Assembly: GCA_016929135.1 (NCBI GenBank)
Contig: JAFGJK010000065.1
Coordinates: 71,970-135,969 of the forward strand
Origin: Spirochaetota bacterium
Lineage (GTDB): Bacteria; Spirochaetota; UBA4802; UBA5550
Direction: 5' to 3'
DNA: 64,000 nucleotides
Shown: positions 17,041 to 26,437 of the stretch, one piece after another
How positions within the stretch are numbered: the first letter of the stretch is position 1
How the letters are laid out: every line of letters begins with the position of its first letter
Program-made: the position numbers and the translations under genes
Notes under the pieces: model-generated
Told to the model about the DNA's origin: nothing
Database searches by the model: none
The model's input: only the letters and a program-made list of their open reading frames with translations

Positions 17041-18567
17041 GTGAAAGAATCATATACCCGTGCCGAGGGGAGGGTGCTCCTCTTCTCGGTCTTCGTGCTG
17101 TCCCTCTGCGGGATCACCTACGAGCTTGTCCTGGGTTCCCTGGCCACCTATCTCCTGGGAAACCCGGTACTGCAGTACTCCATCACCATCGGCGTGTTCT
17201 TGAGCTCCATGGGGCTCGGTTCGTTCCTGTCCAAGTACATCACCGGGAACCTGGCGGCCGCCTTCGTACGGATCGAGATAGCCCTGGGACTCGTCGGTGG
17301 ACTCTCGGTGATGGTGCTGAGCGCCCTCTTCTCCTTCTCCTCCTCCTACTACCTGCTCCAGGTCTTCTTCCTGGTGGTGATCGGCGCCATGGTGGGGCTC
17401 GAGATACCGCTGCTCACCAGGATGCTGAAGAGCTCCGGCTCTCTCAAGGATGTTCTGGCGGGGGTTCTCTCCCTGGACTACCTGGGGGGACTCGCGGGAT
17501 CGCTCCTCTTCCCGCTCCTCCTCTTTCCCTACGCGGGGAGACTCCTCACCAGCATCCTCATCGGCATCGCCAACGTTCTGGTGGCGCTGCTGGTGATGGC
17601 CAGGGTGCAATATGAAGGGAAGAGCCGCGCTGACGTCGCCGTGGCGGTCGTCGCGGTGCTGGCCCTGGGGATGATCGCCTTCAGGTCCGAGCAGATCGGC
17701 ACGATCTTCCAGAAGCGCCTCTACTACGACGACATAGTCTACACCAGGCGGTCCCGCTACCAGGAGATCGTGCTCACCAGGAACGAGGACGATTTCCGTC
17801 TCTACCTCTCCGGATCGCTGCAGTTCTCCACGGTGGACGAATACCGCTACCACGAGATGCTGGTTTACCCGCCGCTCCTCCTCTGCCGCGGTGAGCCCGG
17901 GGAGGTGCTGGTGATGGGGGGCGGCGACGGCCTGGCGGTGCGTGACATACTGAAGTCGGACCGGGTGAGGTCGGTAACGCTGGTGGAGCTGGACAGGGCG
18001 ATGATATCTCTGGCCACGGGGAATCCCTCGATGGTGCGAATCAACAGGGGCTCCCTCTCGGACGGGAGGGTTCGCGTGGTGGTCGAGGACGCCTACAGTT
18101 ACCTGGTTCGAGAGCGGAAGCGGTTCGACGTGATCGTCGCCGACTTCCCGGATCCCCACGACGAGACAACGGCGAAGCTCTACACCACGGAATTTTTCGG
18201 TCTGGTGAAGAGGTCGCTGAAACCGGGGGGTATCTTCGTCACGCAGTCCACGTCACCTCTTTTCGCCTCCAGCGCCTTCTGGTGCATCAACGCCACCATG
18301 AAGCAGGTCTTCGCAGCGGTGGTTCCTTACCACGCCTACGTCCCCACCTTCGGGGACTGGGGGTTCAACATCGCATCGTCGGGGCCGATCGATCCCGGGG
18401 CCATGAGGGAACCCCCCGGGGGCTGCCGTTTTTTTTCCAGGGATGCCTTTACCGCGGCGATGCACTTCACCGAGGATATCGCGGAACGCGAGGTGAAGAT
18501 CAACACCTTCAACAGGCCGGTGCTGTACACCTACTATCTGAAGGGATGGAGGATCAGCGTCGATTGA
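17041..18567 (+). CDS. membrane-anchored spermidine-synthase-like polyamine aminopropyltransferase homolog
   Basis: 508 aa. About 7 N-terminal TM helices, then a SpeE-like domain (VLVMGGGDGLAVRDILK, VIVADFPDPHDETTAKLYTTEFF, GGIFVTQSTSP). GTG start. Confidence 0.85.
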   Translation: MKESYTRAEGRVLLFSVFVLSLCGITYELVLGSLATYLLGNPVLQYSITIGVFLSSMGLGSFLSKYITGNLAAAFVRIEIALGLVGGLSVMVLSALFSFSSSYYLLQVFFLVVIGAMVGLEIPLLTRMLKSSGSLKDVLAGVLSLDYLGGLAGSLLFPLLLFPYAGRLLTSILIGIANVLVALLVMARVQYEGKSRADVAVAVVAVLALGMIAFRSEQIGTIFQKRLYYDDIVYTRRSRYQEIVLTRNEDDFRLYLSGSLQFSTVDEYRYHEMLVYPPLLLCRGEPGEVLVMGGGDGLAVRDILKSDRVRSVTLVELDRAMISLATGNPSMVRINRGSLSDGRVRVVVEDAYSYLVRERKRFDVIVADFPDPHDETTAKLYTTEFFGLVKRSLKPGGIFVTQSTSPLFASSAFWCINATMKQVFAAVVPYHAYVPTFGDWGFNIASSGPIDPGAMREPPGGCRFFSRDAFTAAMHFTEDIAEREVKINTFNRPVLYTYYLKGWRISVD

Positions 18568-18573
18568 ACTCGG

Positions 18574-18762
18574 TCAGATCGCCTTCTTGATCCTGCCGGA
18601 GCGGATGCAGCTGGTACAGACGTATCTGCGGACGGGCCTCTTGTCTTCCATAATCCTGATCTTCTTGACATTGGGCCGCCATACCTTCGCGGTTTTTTTA
18701 TTGGAGTGGCTCACGTTGTTTCCGAACTGGACCGATTTGCCGCATATTTCACATTTCGCCAT
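18574..18762 (-). CDS. rpmB: 50S ribosomal protein L28
   Basis: MAKCEICGKSVQFGNNVSHSNKKTAKVWRPNVKKIRI... is the canonical L28 sequence, in the Cys-containing (zinc-ribbon) form. Confidence 0.92.
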   Translation of the reverse strand: MAKCEICGKSVQFGNNVSHSNKKTAKVWRPNVKKIRIMEDKRPVRRYVCTSCIRSGRIKKAI

Positions 18763-18895
18763 GGTTGTTTCCTCGCCCTTGATCTGGAGTTGACACTCTT
18801 GAATGTATCGTCTTTTTTTTCAAGTATTTTATCGGAGCGGTACGATATTTTGCTTGTAATCGCCGGGCATCGCCGGTCCCATTTATCACAGGGTA

Positions 18896-19108
18896 ATGGA
18901 GGAGTATCGATCGATGGAAATAGACGAGAAAACCAGCATGGCGGACCTGATGGGCAGAACCCAGGCGCTGTCGAAGGTATTCAAGAAATATGGCCTGGAC
19001 TGCCTCACCTGCCGCGGCCTGGCCGAGGAGACGGTGGCGCAGCTGGCGGTGCGCAACGGCCTTGACGTGAAGGCCTTTACCGAGGAAATCCGCAGGGTCC
19101 TGGGCTGA
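18896..19108 (+). CDS. DUF1858 / hybrid-cluster-protein-associated redox-disulfide-like small protein
   Basis: 70 aa. MADLMGRTQALSKVFKKYGLDCLTCRG with a CxxC motif, as in the DUF1858 family. The start could be an internal ATG. Confidence 0.65.
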   Translation: MEEYRSMEIDEKTSMADLMGRTQALSKVFKKYGLDCLTCRGLAEETVAQLAVRNGLDVKAFTEEIRRVLG

Positions 19109-19114
19109 TGCCCC

Positions 19115-19696
19115 GTGAGCACCATCCGTGTCATCGCGGGGTCCCTGAAGGGGAGAGTGATCCCCTTTTCCCTGAAGCGCTTCGGGAACGCCGACATCAC
19201 CCCGCAGAAGATCAAGGAGGCTTTTTTCTCGATCGTCGGTGACATCGGGGGGGCGGTGTTCCTGGATCTCTGCGCCTGCTCCGGGCAGATGGGGATCGAG
19301 GCCCTGAGCCGCGGCGCTGGCCTGGCGGTGATGAACGACCGGGACCCCCGCCGGTCCCGCTTTCTCAGGGAGGCACTGCGTGAACTGGACGTGGGGGATC
19401 GCGCCCTGGTGTTGCAGGAGCGCTATTCCCGCGCGCTCTCACTGCTACGGGAGCGGGAGATCGCCGCGGACATCATCTACGCCGATCCCCCCTACCCGGA
19501 GGGCCGCGACACCTCCATTTACGATACGCTCCTTTCGGCGGTGGCCGAGAGCGGGGTGCTGAAGACCCTGGGGGTTCTGGCGGTACAGCACCGGAGCGGC
19601 CTGGCGATGCGGGAGCGCGTCAGCGATCTCGTTCTCGTTGAGACCAGGGAATACGGGTCCAATGCGGTCTCCTTCTACCGGCGTGCGGAATCCTGA
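19115..19696 (+). CDS. rsmD: 16S rRNA (guanine966-N2)-methyltransferase RsmD
   Basis: IRVIAGSLKGR N-terminus, SAM motif FLDLCACSGQMGIEALSRGA, catalytic DPPY (IIYADPPYPEG). GTG start. Confidence 0.85.
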   Translation: MSTIRVIAGSLKGRVIPFSLKRFGNADITPQKIKEAFFSIVGDIGGAVFLDLCACSGQMGIEALSRGAGLAVMNDRDPRRSRFLREALRELDVGDRALVLQERYSRALSLLREREIAADIIYADPPYPEGRDTSIYDTLLSAVAESGVLKTLGVLAVQHRSGLAMRERVSDLVLVETREYGSNAVSFYRRAES

Positions 19697-19742
19697 GAGC
19701 CTTCATCCGTCGTTTACCTCCGGTGTTATGCCGGGGATCCTC

Positions 19743-20546
19743 CTACCTGATGTAGGTCACCGTGAGGTCCTGGATGGCCGATACCGCCCTGAGGTAGGAG
19801 AGGGGGGATTCGGTACGAAGGCTGTGGTATGCGAAGGCGATGTAGCGGTTCCGGTGCCGTTCCCCCGGCACCGTGGCGTCCACCATCCGCCAGCGGCCGC
19901 GGTAGTACGCCTCGGCCCACATGTGATAGACAAAGACGTCCCGCTCCCCCCCGTACTCCCTGACCAGCACCATCCCCACCACGGCCCTGGTGGGCACTCC
20001 CATCCTTCTGAGCAACGCCACGGCCAGCACCGCGTGTTCCGTGCAGTCGCCGGACCCTGTGGAAAGAACCCGTGCGGCCGGGAGGAGCGGGATACCCGTG
20101 GTTGGTCGGGTGATCCTCCCCTTGACAAAGGACTCCACGCTCGCAAGGATGTCCCCGGTCCTCCCGATAGCGGCGGCGGCCCCCCTGATCTCCGGAGATT
20201 CCAGGTTGAGGAAGGGGGAGTCGTAGAGGTGCTCCTCCGGGGCACCGGCGGCGGTCCCGTCGCCTGCGGCCAGGAGGATCGTCTTCCTCCCGTCACGAAA
20301 CGACGAGGAGAGGACTCTCTGGTTCGCTGCGTCGATGAGGGAGAATATCTCCTGCGACGATTCCACGCGGTATCTGGATTCGTCTTCACTGTAGACGGAT
20401 TCCTCCGCGCCGATCAGCGGCACCGTGTAGCGCATGGGATCGCGGCCGGCCGGTTCGGCAGCGCCGTGCAGCGGGAGGGCGAGGGACAGGAGGACAGCCG
20501 TCCCCCCCAGGAGGTGCATCGCGGTGATGGCGACGCTCCCGCTCAC
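19743..20546 (-). CDS. secreted transglutaminase-like domain protein
   Basis: Signal-like N-terminus. Transglutaminase core GSGDCTEHAVLAVALLRRMGVPTRAVVG...YHMWAEAYY. The GTG start overlaps the upstream stop (GTGA). Confidence 0.8.
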   Translation of the reverse strand: MSGSVAITAMHLLGGTAVLLSLALPLHGAAEPAGRDPMRYTVPLIGAEESVYSEDESRYRVESSQEIFSLIDAANQRVLSSSFRDGRKTILLAAGDGTAAGAPEEHLYDSPFLNLESPEIRGAAAAIGRTGDILASVESFVKGRITRPTTGIPLLPAARVLSTGSGDCTEHAVLAVALLRRMGVPTRAVVGMVLVREYGGERDVFVYHMWAEAYYRGRWRMVDATVPGERHRNRYIAFAYHSLRTESPLSYLRAVSAIQDLTVTYIR

Positions 20547-21226
20547 TTCAGCACCAGCTCGATGGTGTTGTTCATGAACCGCTGGACGATCCTCTCCGCC
20601 ACGCCCTCATCGTTGATGTAGTAGTCCGCCTGCTTGACCGATTCCATGAAGAAGGCGACGTGGTGGAGGCTCCTGGAGCGTTCCTTCACCCGCACCGTCT
20701 CCCTCCCCAGGACGGTGCAGGTCACCGAAAAGGCCGCCGACGTCTCTATGGAGGGGTGGTAGATCCTGGCCTGCACCGCGGTCCCCGCGGCGAAATTCTT
20801 CTTCGAGAGCTGGGCATAGAAGTAGTTGCCGTCCAGCATGAAGGGGCCGTCGATCCTGTGGGTCTGCACCATGCCGCCGGCGCGCACGGTCACGGTGTTG
20901 CCGGTGAACTCGGCCACCGTGTTCATGGCTGTGACGTCGGCGCCGTTTTTCACCGATTGGTACACCTCGCACCGCACCGGCTCGAAGGATTTCGTCTCGG
21001 TCACCACCTGCTTCATGGTGGTGACCACCGTCCCCATGGCGAGCACCATGTCCGATGTGCTCACGCAGCGGTCGCCGGTGACGGCGGAGGTGACGATGCT
21101 GGTGCCGATGCGCACGCCGTTCAGATAGACCAGGTATTCCCATCGCCCTTCACCGGTCTCCCGTGACGCCGCAGGTACCGGGAGCGCGAGACACAGGACG
21201 ATGGCAGCGAAGAGGTGTCGTTGCAT
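20543..21226 (-). CDS. hypothetical secreted protein
   Basis: Start at the ATG at 21226 (MQRHLFAAIVLCLALPVPAAS signal peptide). Beta-rich composition. Same operon as the transglutaminase-like gene. Confidence 0.65.
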   Translation of the reverse strand: MQRHLFAAIVLCLALPVPAASRETGEGRWEYLVYLNGVRIGTSIVTSAVTGDRCVSTSDMVLAMGTVVTTMKQVVTETKSFEPVRCEVYQSVKNGADVTAMNTVAEFTGNTVTVRAGGMVQTHRIDGPFMLDGNYFYAQLSKKNFAAGTAVQARIYHPSIETSAAFSVTCTVLGRETVRVKERSRSLHHVAFFMESVKQADYYINDEGVAERIVQRFMNNTIELVLK

Positions 21227-21236
21227 GGTCGGCCCT

Positions 21237-22676
21237 TCACGTTTTTTCACAGAATGCCTTGATGCAGTACTGGATGCGCTTCCTGCAGGCCTCGATGCCG
21301 ATGAGGGGGATGCTGGCCTTCAGGTCCGGGCCCTGCAGCATTCCGGTGAGCATGGCCCGGACCGGGTAGAAGAGCGATTTTCCTCCGGCGCCGGTGGCCT
21401 TCTTCACCGCGGCGATGAGCCGCTCGCCGAAATCATCCCCCTCCAGCGGCCCCATCGCTTCAGCCGCCGCCAGTATGATCTTCCGGGAGTTCTCCTCCCG
21501 GAGGATCGCCGAGGCCTCGTCGCTGTAGCGCGGTACCTCGTCGAGGAAAATGCCGGCGAACTGCCCGATGTCGGCCAAAAGCTCGCAGTTGGCCCTGAGA
21601 AGCAGGATGATCTCCTCGATCCGCTTCCGCTCGATGCCGTCGGTGTCGTAGCCCGCCCCCCTGATGAAGGGGACAAAGAGATCATGGAGACGCTCCGGTG
21701 CGTAGTTGTGCAGGTGGACGCCGTTCATCCACTTCAGCTTCTGGAAATCGAATACGGCGGCGCTCCTGGCGAGCCCGGTAAGCTCGATTTGGGATACGAT
21801 CTGGTCCGCGGTGAATATCTCCTCCCCGGACTCGGCGGCCCAGCCGAGCATGGCCAGGTAGTTCACCAGTGCCTCCGGAAGGTAGCCGCTGTCACGGTAG
21901 TTCACCACCGAGGTTATGCCGTGCCGCTTCGAGAGCTTCGAGCGGTCCGGGCCGAGCACCAGGGCCAGATGGGTGTACTCCGGCACCGGGAGCCCCAGGG
22001 CCCGCGCCACCAGCACCTGCTTCGGGGTGTTGGGGAGATGGTCCTCTCCCCTGATGACGTGGCTGATCTGCATCAGGGCGTCGTCAATGATGACGATGTA
22101 GTTGTACACCGGCATGCCGTCGGAGCGGACGATGATGAAGTCGCCCCCGATGTTATCGCTGTTGAACTCCACGGTCCCCTTGATGTGGTCCTTCACCCGC
22201 ACAATCTCGTTCTCCGGTACGCGGAAGCGCACCGCGAAGGTCTTCCCCGCCTGCGCCATGCGCTCGGCCTCGGCTGCCGGAAGATCTCTACAGGGGTCGC
22301 GGAAGGCCCTTCGGGATCCTTCCGCCTCTTTCTTCAGGGCTTCGGTCTCCTCCTTGCCGCAGAAGCAGCGGTAGGCGCTGCCTGAGGCAAGGAGCCTGTC
22401 CGTGTATTCACGGTAGATACCCAGTCGCTCGGACTGGCGGTAGGGACCGAAGTCGCCCCCCTTGTCGGGACCCTCGTCCCATGATATCCCGAGCCAGCGG
22501 AGGTTTTCCATGATCGATTCCTCGGATTCCTTCGAGCTCCGCTCCAGGTCGGTATCCTCGATTCTGAGCACCAGCGTGGCGTCGTATTTCCTGGCGATTA
22601 GGTAGTTGACGACCGCGGTCCTGGCGTTTCCTATGTGCAGGTACCCGGTGGGGCTGGGGGCGAAACGGACTCTCAT
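21237..22676 (-). CDS. gltX: glutamyl-tRNA synthetase
   Basis: MRVRFAPSPTGYLHIGNARTA (HIGH motif) at the ATG at 22676 with an AAGGAGAG RBS. KLSKRHG (KMSKS motif). The 92-codon 5' extension in the ORF track was rejected. Confidence 0.93.
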   Translation of the reverse strand: MRVRFAPSPTGYLHIGNARTAVVNYLIARKYDATLVLRIEDTDLERSSKESEESIMENLRWLGISWDEGPDKGGDFGPYRQSERLGIYREYTDRLLASGSAYRCFCGKEETEALKKEAEGSRRAFRDPCRDLPAAEAERMAQAGKTFAVRFRVPENEIVRVKDHIKGTVEFNSDNIGGDFIIVRSDGMPVYNYIVIIDDALMQISHVIRGEDHLPNTPKQVLVARALGLPVPEYTHLALVLGPDRSKLSKRHGITSVVNYRDSGYLPEALVNYLAMLGWAAESGEEIFTADQIVSQIELTGLARSAAVFDFQKLKWMNGVHLHNYAPERLHDLFVPFIRGAGYDTDGIERKRIEEIILLLRANCELLADIGQFAGIFLDEVPRYSDEASAILREENSRKIILAAAEAMGPLEGDDFGERLIAAVKKATGAGGKSLFYPVRAMLTGMLQGPDLKASIPLIGIEACRKRIQYCIKAFCEKT

Positions 22677-22770
22677 GGATCTCTCCTTTGCGCTGTGGTC
22701 ATGCGGCATTGACGCACTGGCCACCTCATTTTGCAAATAAAAAAAAGCGATGCGGCCGCCGCTCCGCCCT

Positions 22771-24165
22771 TCACCGCTTCCTCCTGAAGGACATCTGGAA
22801 ACAGGGCGCCGTAATCCGCACCGCATCCTCGTCTCCCCGAACCTCCGCCGTGACACACCCCTCGGTACCGAAGAGGGCACTTGTCGTGGACCCCGCCGAT
22901 GCGGCGGCCGGTGCCGCCAGCGTCCCCGTCGCACGAAAGCCCCCCTTTGCACCCCGCCGGGAGCGCCGGAGGAACAGCGGTATGTCCACTATGGTATCCC
23001 CGGATACGATCCGGACCGTCCCCCCCTCACAGAGGAAGGAAAAATCGAGGAGCTCCGCCGTGCCGCTCCAGGTGCCGCAGGTACACCGCACGGCTCCGCT
23101 GTAGTCGCCGGTGATCCTTGGCCCCGGGGGGGCCGCTGCGGATGAGAGCATCCGCCCCCGCAGCCTGTGGCCCGTCTTCACGAATTCCCATGCCCCCTGC
23201 AGCACTGGCTTGCGGTAGTAGCCGGAGCTGCCGGAGCGGTCGATCCCCTCCACGCGGAGCTCCCTGGCGGCGTTCCCTTCGCCGTTCTGGACTATGGTGA
23301 TGGCATCGGTGATCCGCCCGTTGATCCTCGGCTGTCGGCGCCAATCCTCAGCCGGCAGGGCCCGCTTGTTCCGCAGACCCGTGGGGCGCAGGGGGAGGCG
23401 CTCGTAGGTATAGGGGAGGAGCGGGTTCTCGCCGGCGGTGTCGTAGTCGTAGAGACGCGTGTACATCTCGCCGCCGGCCCCTATGACGAAGACGGTGGAG
23501 GCGCTGGCCGCCAGGTTCGCCGCGACGAAGCGGCCACGCAGGGGGAGGCAGAGGTGGTGGCCGAATACCGGCGGGAGCCACGGGTCCGCGTAGAGACACC
23601 GGTCTCCCTGGGACCGCAGTAGGTACAGGGTGGTGACACCGGCGGACATGGCGTGCTGCTGGCCGAACCGATCCTCGTAGTATTTTGCCCCCCCTCTTCC
23701 GCGGTGGGATATCGCCAGGGCCAGCACCCCCTCCGGGACCACCAGGTGTCCCTTCGGGACCAGGCCCCAGCGGTCGGTCCAGGTGAAATCGTGGAGCTTC
23801 GCGTAATAGACGACGTCGTCGTCACCTTGGGCGATGAGATTGTCGCCGTCGGCCGATATACGCACCACCCTGCGGGGCGGGGGGAACCCGAGAATGCCGC
23901 TGCGCCCCGGAAGGCCGCCGGGCGGAAAGAGGAGCCATCCGCCGCTCCCGGTATTGGGCCTGTAGTAGATTTTTCCGTCCAGGATCGCGAAGCTGTACCG
24001 GGAGGTGAAGGTCTCGGTGGCCGTTTTGATGTAGATCCTGTCGGGGAGGCCACGGCCGCTGGGAATACCTGCGTCCATGGCCAGGAGGAGCATCGCCGCG
24101 GCGATCGCCGGCAGGATCCATCCCCGCCTCTCTGCGCGCTGACTGTGCCGATCCATCAGGGGCAT
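22771..24165 (-). CDS. hypothetical exported protein, no recognised family
   Basis: 464 aa. N-terminal anchor WILPAIAAAMLLLAM. Ordinary amino-acid composition, unlike the Arg/Pro-rich shadow ORFs around it. Its start overlaps the stop of the upstream PP2C gene. Confidence 0.65.
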   Translation of the reverse strand: MPLMDRHSQRAERRGWILPAIAAAMLLLAMDAGIPSGRGLPDRIYIKTATETFTSRYSFAILDGKIYYRPNTGSGGWLLFPPGGLPGRSGILGFPPPRRVVRISADGDNLIAQGDDDVVYYAKLHDFTWTDRWGLVPKGHLVVPEGVLALAISHRGRGGAKYYEDRFGQQHAMSAGVTTLYLLRSQGDRCLYADPWLPPVFGHHLCLPLRGRFVAANLAASASTVFVIGAGGEMYTRLYDYDTAGENPLLPYTYERLPLRPTGLRNKRALPAEDWRRQPRINGRITDAITIVQNGEGNAARELRVEGIDRSGSSGYYRKPVLQGAWEFVKTGHRLRGRMLSSAAAPPGPRITGDYSGAVRCTCGTWSGTAELLDFSFLCEGGTVRIVSGDTIVDIPLFLRRSRRGAKGGFRATGTLAAPAAASAGSTTSALFGTEGCVTAEVRGDEDAVRITAPCFQMSFRRKR

Positions 24166-26261
24166 TCGACGCAGACGATGCAGACGTCGTCCTCGAAGCT
24201 GTCGCCGCCCCGGAACTCCACCAGCGAGCCGTACAGCCGGTCCACCGAGACCCGGCAGTCCGTATCGCGGATCCGATCCAGCACGGAGGGCATCACGCTC
24301 TCGAACATCACCGACGTGGCCGCCGGGTGCACCGCCTCGGTGAGGCCGTCGGTGTACATCAGTATCTTTGACGCCGGGGGGATGGATACGACGGCGTTCC
24401 GGAAGGGCTTGCCGATCTCCTCCAGCGATCTGTTGGGGAAGGCGGCCATTGGTATCGTCTTTTCGCCGCAGATCTGCGATATCCCGCCGCGGGATATACA
24501 GAAGGGATCGTTGTGCCCTGCGTTACAGAAGACCATGGATCGACCGGCGAAATCGATGATGCCGTAGAAGGCGGTGATGAAATTGTCCCCCGTCTGGCCG
24601 AAGAGCGCCTCGTTCAGCAGTTCGAAGAGCGACGCCGGGTCTTCCCGGCGCGGACCGGCCTGGTACATCGTCATCTTCAGCATCGAGGTGATCAGGGCCG
24701 CCGGGATGCCGTGCCCCGAGACGTCGCTGATGATGAAGCCCATACGGCCGTCGTCGAACCGTATGAAATCGTAGAAATCACCGCCCACCTGGTACATGGG
24801 CCGGTAGAGGGAGCAGATGCTCGACAGGGGATCGCGCGAGGGGATCAGCTGCTGCTGGATTCTTCTCGCCATGGCGATCTCGGCATCGATCTCCCGGTTC
24901 CTGTCCTCCAGTATCCTGTTCTTGGCGTTCAGCTCGGTGTTCTTTTCCAACAGCTCCTCGGTACGCTCCTGCACCTTCTCCTCCAGTGTCCTGTTGAGCT
25001 CCTGGAGGATTCCCGATTTCTCCTCCAGTTCCTCGGAGTAGCGCTTCAGCTTCCGCTGCGCCGATTCGAAGGCCCGGAAGAGCAGGTACCCCAGCATCAG
25101 AATGAAGATGAAGAACCCCCAGTGAAGATAGGCCCGATCGAAGTGCGGCGCCCCGTGCCAGGTCAGCTCATCGGCCAGGGCCGATGCGCCGAAGATGATG
25201 AGGCCGATGCTGATGACCCTGGCCGGTCTGTTCCCCTTGACGATGGCGCGCAACAGCTCCGCGAAGGCGGCCAGGATCGCGATGGCCAGCAGGATGCCCC
25301 GCCCCACAAGCACGAACACCATGGGGGGGCGGATCCCCGTGGCGAAGGAGAGGGCGGAGAGGAGCGTGATGCCCAGGAAGACCTGCCAGGAACGACGGAC
25401 GACTGATTTGTATCCCGGGCCGATGGTCTGGTCGATGAAGAGGAAGAGGCCCACGGGGAAGAAGAGGATCGCCGGGACGGTGATGAGCTGGGCGGTCGGC
25501 GGATCGATGAAAAATAGGATGGTCAGGTCCGAGAGGAGGATGACGAAGATCCCCACCGAGGCGCTCATGATGGAATAGGCAAGGACCGAGTGGGCCCTGG
25601 CCGTGCGGCTTATCAGGAAGATGAACAGCGATATCAGGGAGCTGAAGAGGAAGATGAATCCCAGAATGAGGCGGTCCGCCTGGCTCTTGATGATCCGCTT
25701 GACCAGGGCCATCTCCGATCCCAGGAACACCCGCGAGTTGATGCCCATGGGACCGGGCTCCCCGGTCTGGAACCGGAGGTAGAGCGTGTGATCCCAGTAA
25801 TTATTGGGGAGAGGGATGATGAGGGGCAGGAAGAAGAGGCGCACGTCTTTTTCCCTGTTCCTGGATGCCAGGCTGAAGATCCTCTCGCCCCCCAGGTAGA
25901 TGTCGAAGTCCTGTGAGTAGCTTTTCGCGGGGAAGAAGAGCACCGGGTCCTTCAGCCTCCGCTCCGGGAGCGCCGTCTTCAGCCAGAGCACCGTACTGCC
26001 GCCCCGGTTGATGACCGGCCGGCGGAGTCTGAAGGGACTCCAGGCATCGGGATCAACAGGGCGCCCGTCACGCCGGGGTGTGCCGTTGCGGGCGATGGTG
26101 AGATCACCCCGGAGGTACATCAGGCTCCGGGAGATGTCTCCGGCGGGTACCTCGTGCCTGTCGTGGTAGATGCCGCCGCAGCCGAGCGCCGCGGCTGCGA
26201 TGCCCATGGCGATCATAACCGGAATCCTTCGGCGTGCGGAGATGGTATCGTCTCTTCTCAT
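24156..26261 (-). CDS. 7TMR-DISM-type receptor fused to a PP2C/SpoIIE-family phosphatase
   Basis: 701 aa. Periplasmic N-terminal domain, about 7 TM helices, coiled coil (ELEEKSGILQELNRTLEEKVQERTEEL), then the SpoIIE motif GGDFYDFIRFDDGRMGFIISDVSGHGIPAALITSMLK. Confidence 0.85.
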   Translation of the reverse strand: MRRDDTISARRRIPVMIAMGIAAAALGCGGIYHDRHEVPAGDISRSLMYLRGDLTIARNGTPRRDGRPVDPDAWSPFRLRRPVINRGGSTVLWLKTALPERRLKDPVLFFPAKSYSQDFDIYLGGERIFSLASRNREKDVRLFFLPLIIPLPNNYWDHTLYLRFQTGEPGPMGINSRVFLGSEMALVKRIIKSQADRLILGFIFLFSSLISLFIFLISRTARAHSVLAYSIMSASVGIFVILLSDLTILFFIDPPTAQLITVPAILFFPVGLFLFIDQTIGPGYKSVVRRSWQVFLGITLLSALSFATGIRPPMVFVLVGRGILLAIAILAAFAELLRAIVKGNRPARVISIGLIIFGASALADELTWHGAPHFDRAYLHWGFFIFILMLGYLLFRAFESAQRKLKRYSEELEEKSGILQELNRTLEEKVQERTEELLEKNTELNAKNRILEDRNREIDAEIAMARRIQQQLIPSRDPLSSICSLYRPMYQVGGDFYDFIRFDDGRMGFIISDVSGHGIPAALITSMLKMTMYQAGPRREDPASLFELLNEALFGQTGDNFITAFYGIIDFAGRSMVFCNAGHNDPFCISRGGISQICGEKTIPMAAFPNRSLEEIGKPFRNAVVSIPPASKILMYTDGLTEAVHPAATSVMFESVMPSVLDRIRDTDCRVSVDRLYGSLVEFRGGDSFEDDVCIVCVECP

Positions 26262-26322
26262 TCTGCTGTCGGCCCCGTGCCTACCAGATCACAGTACAGT
26301 GCATCCCGCCGGGAATTTCAAT

Positions 26323-26346
26323 AAAAAAAGCGGCTCCGGAGGCCGC
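26323..26346 (-). terminator. possible Rho-independent terminator after the radical-SAM gene
   Basis: Minus strand: GCGGCCTCCGGAGCCGC (short GC stem) followed by T7. Confidence 0.45.
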
Positions 26347-26437
26347 CCTCCCATCTGTCGCTTCCCGTTATTTGATGTCACCGTCGGGACTTTGTTACAA
26401 GAATCGGCCGTGCCCTTCCTGGCGGGGACCGCCGCCG

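Noticed and set aside
22677-22952. 92-codon 5' extension of gltX. Also the 73-codon extension of the HEAT ORF (37606-37824).
   Set aside because: The extensions are Arg/Pro-rich. Internal ATGs with good RBS or overlap-coupling give canonical N-termini (MRVRFAPSPTGYLHIGN; MVTRLMEAN).
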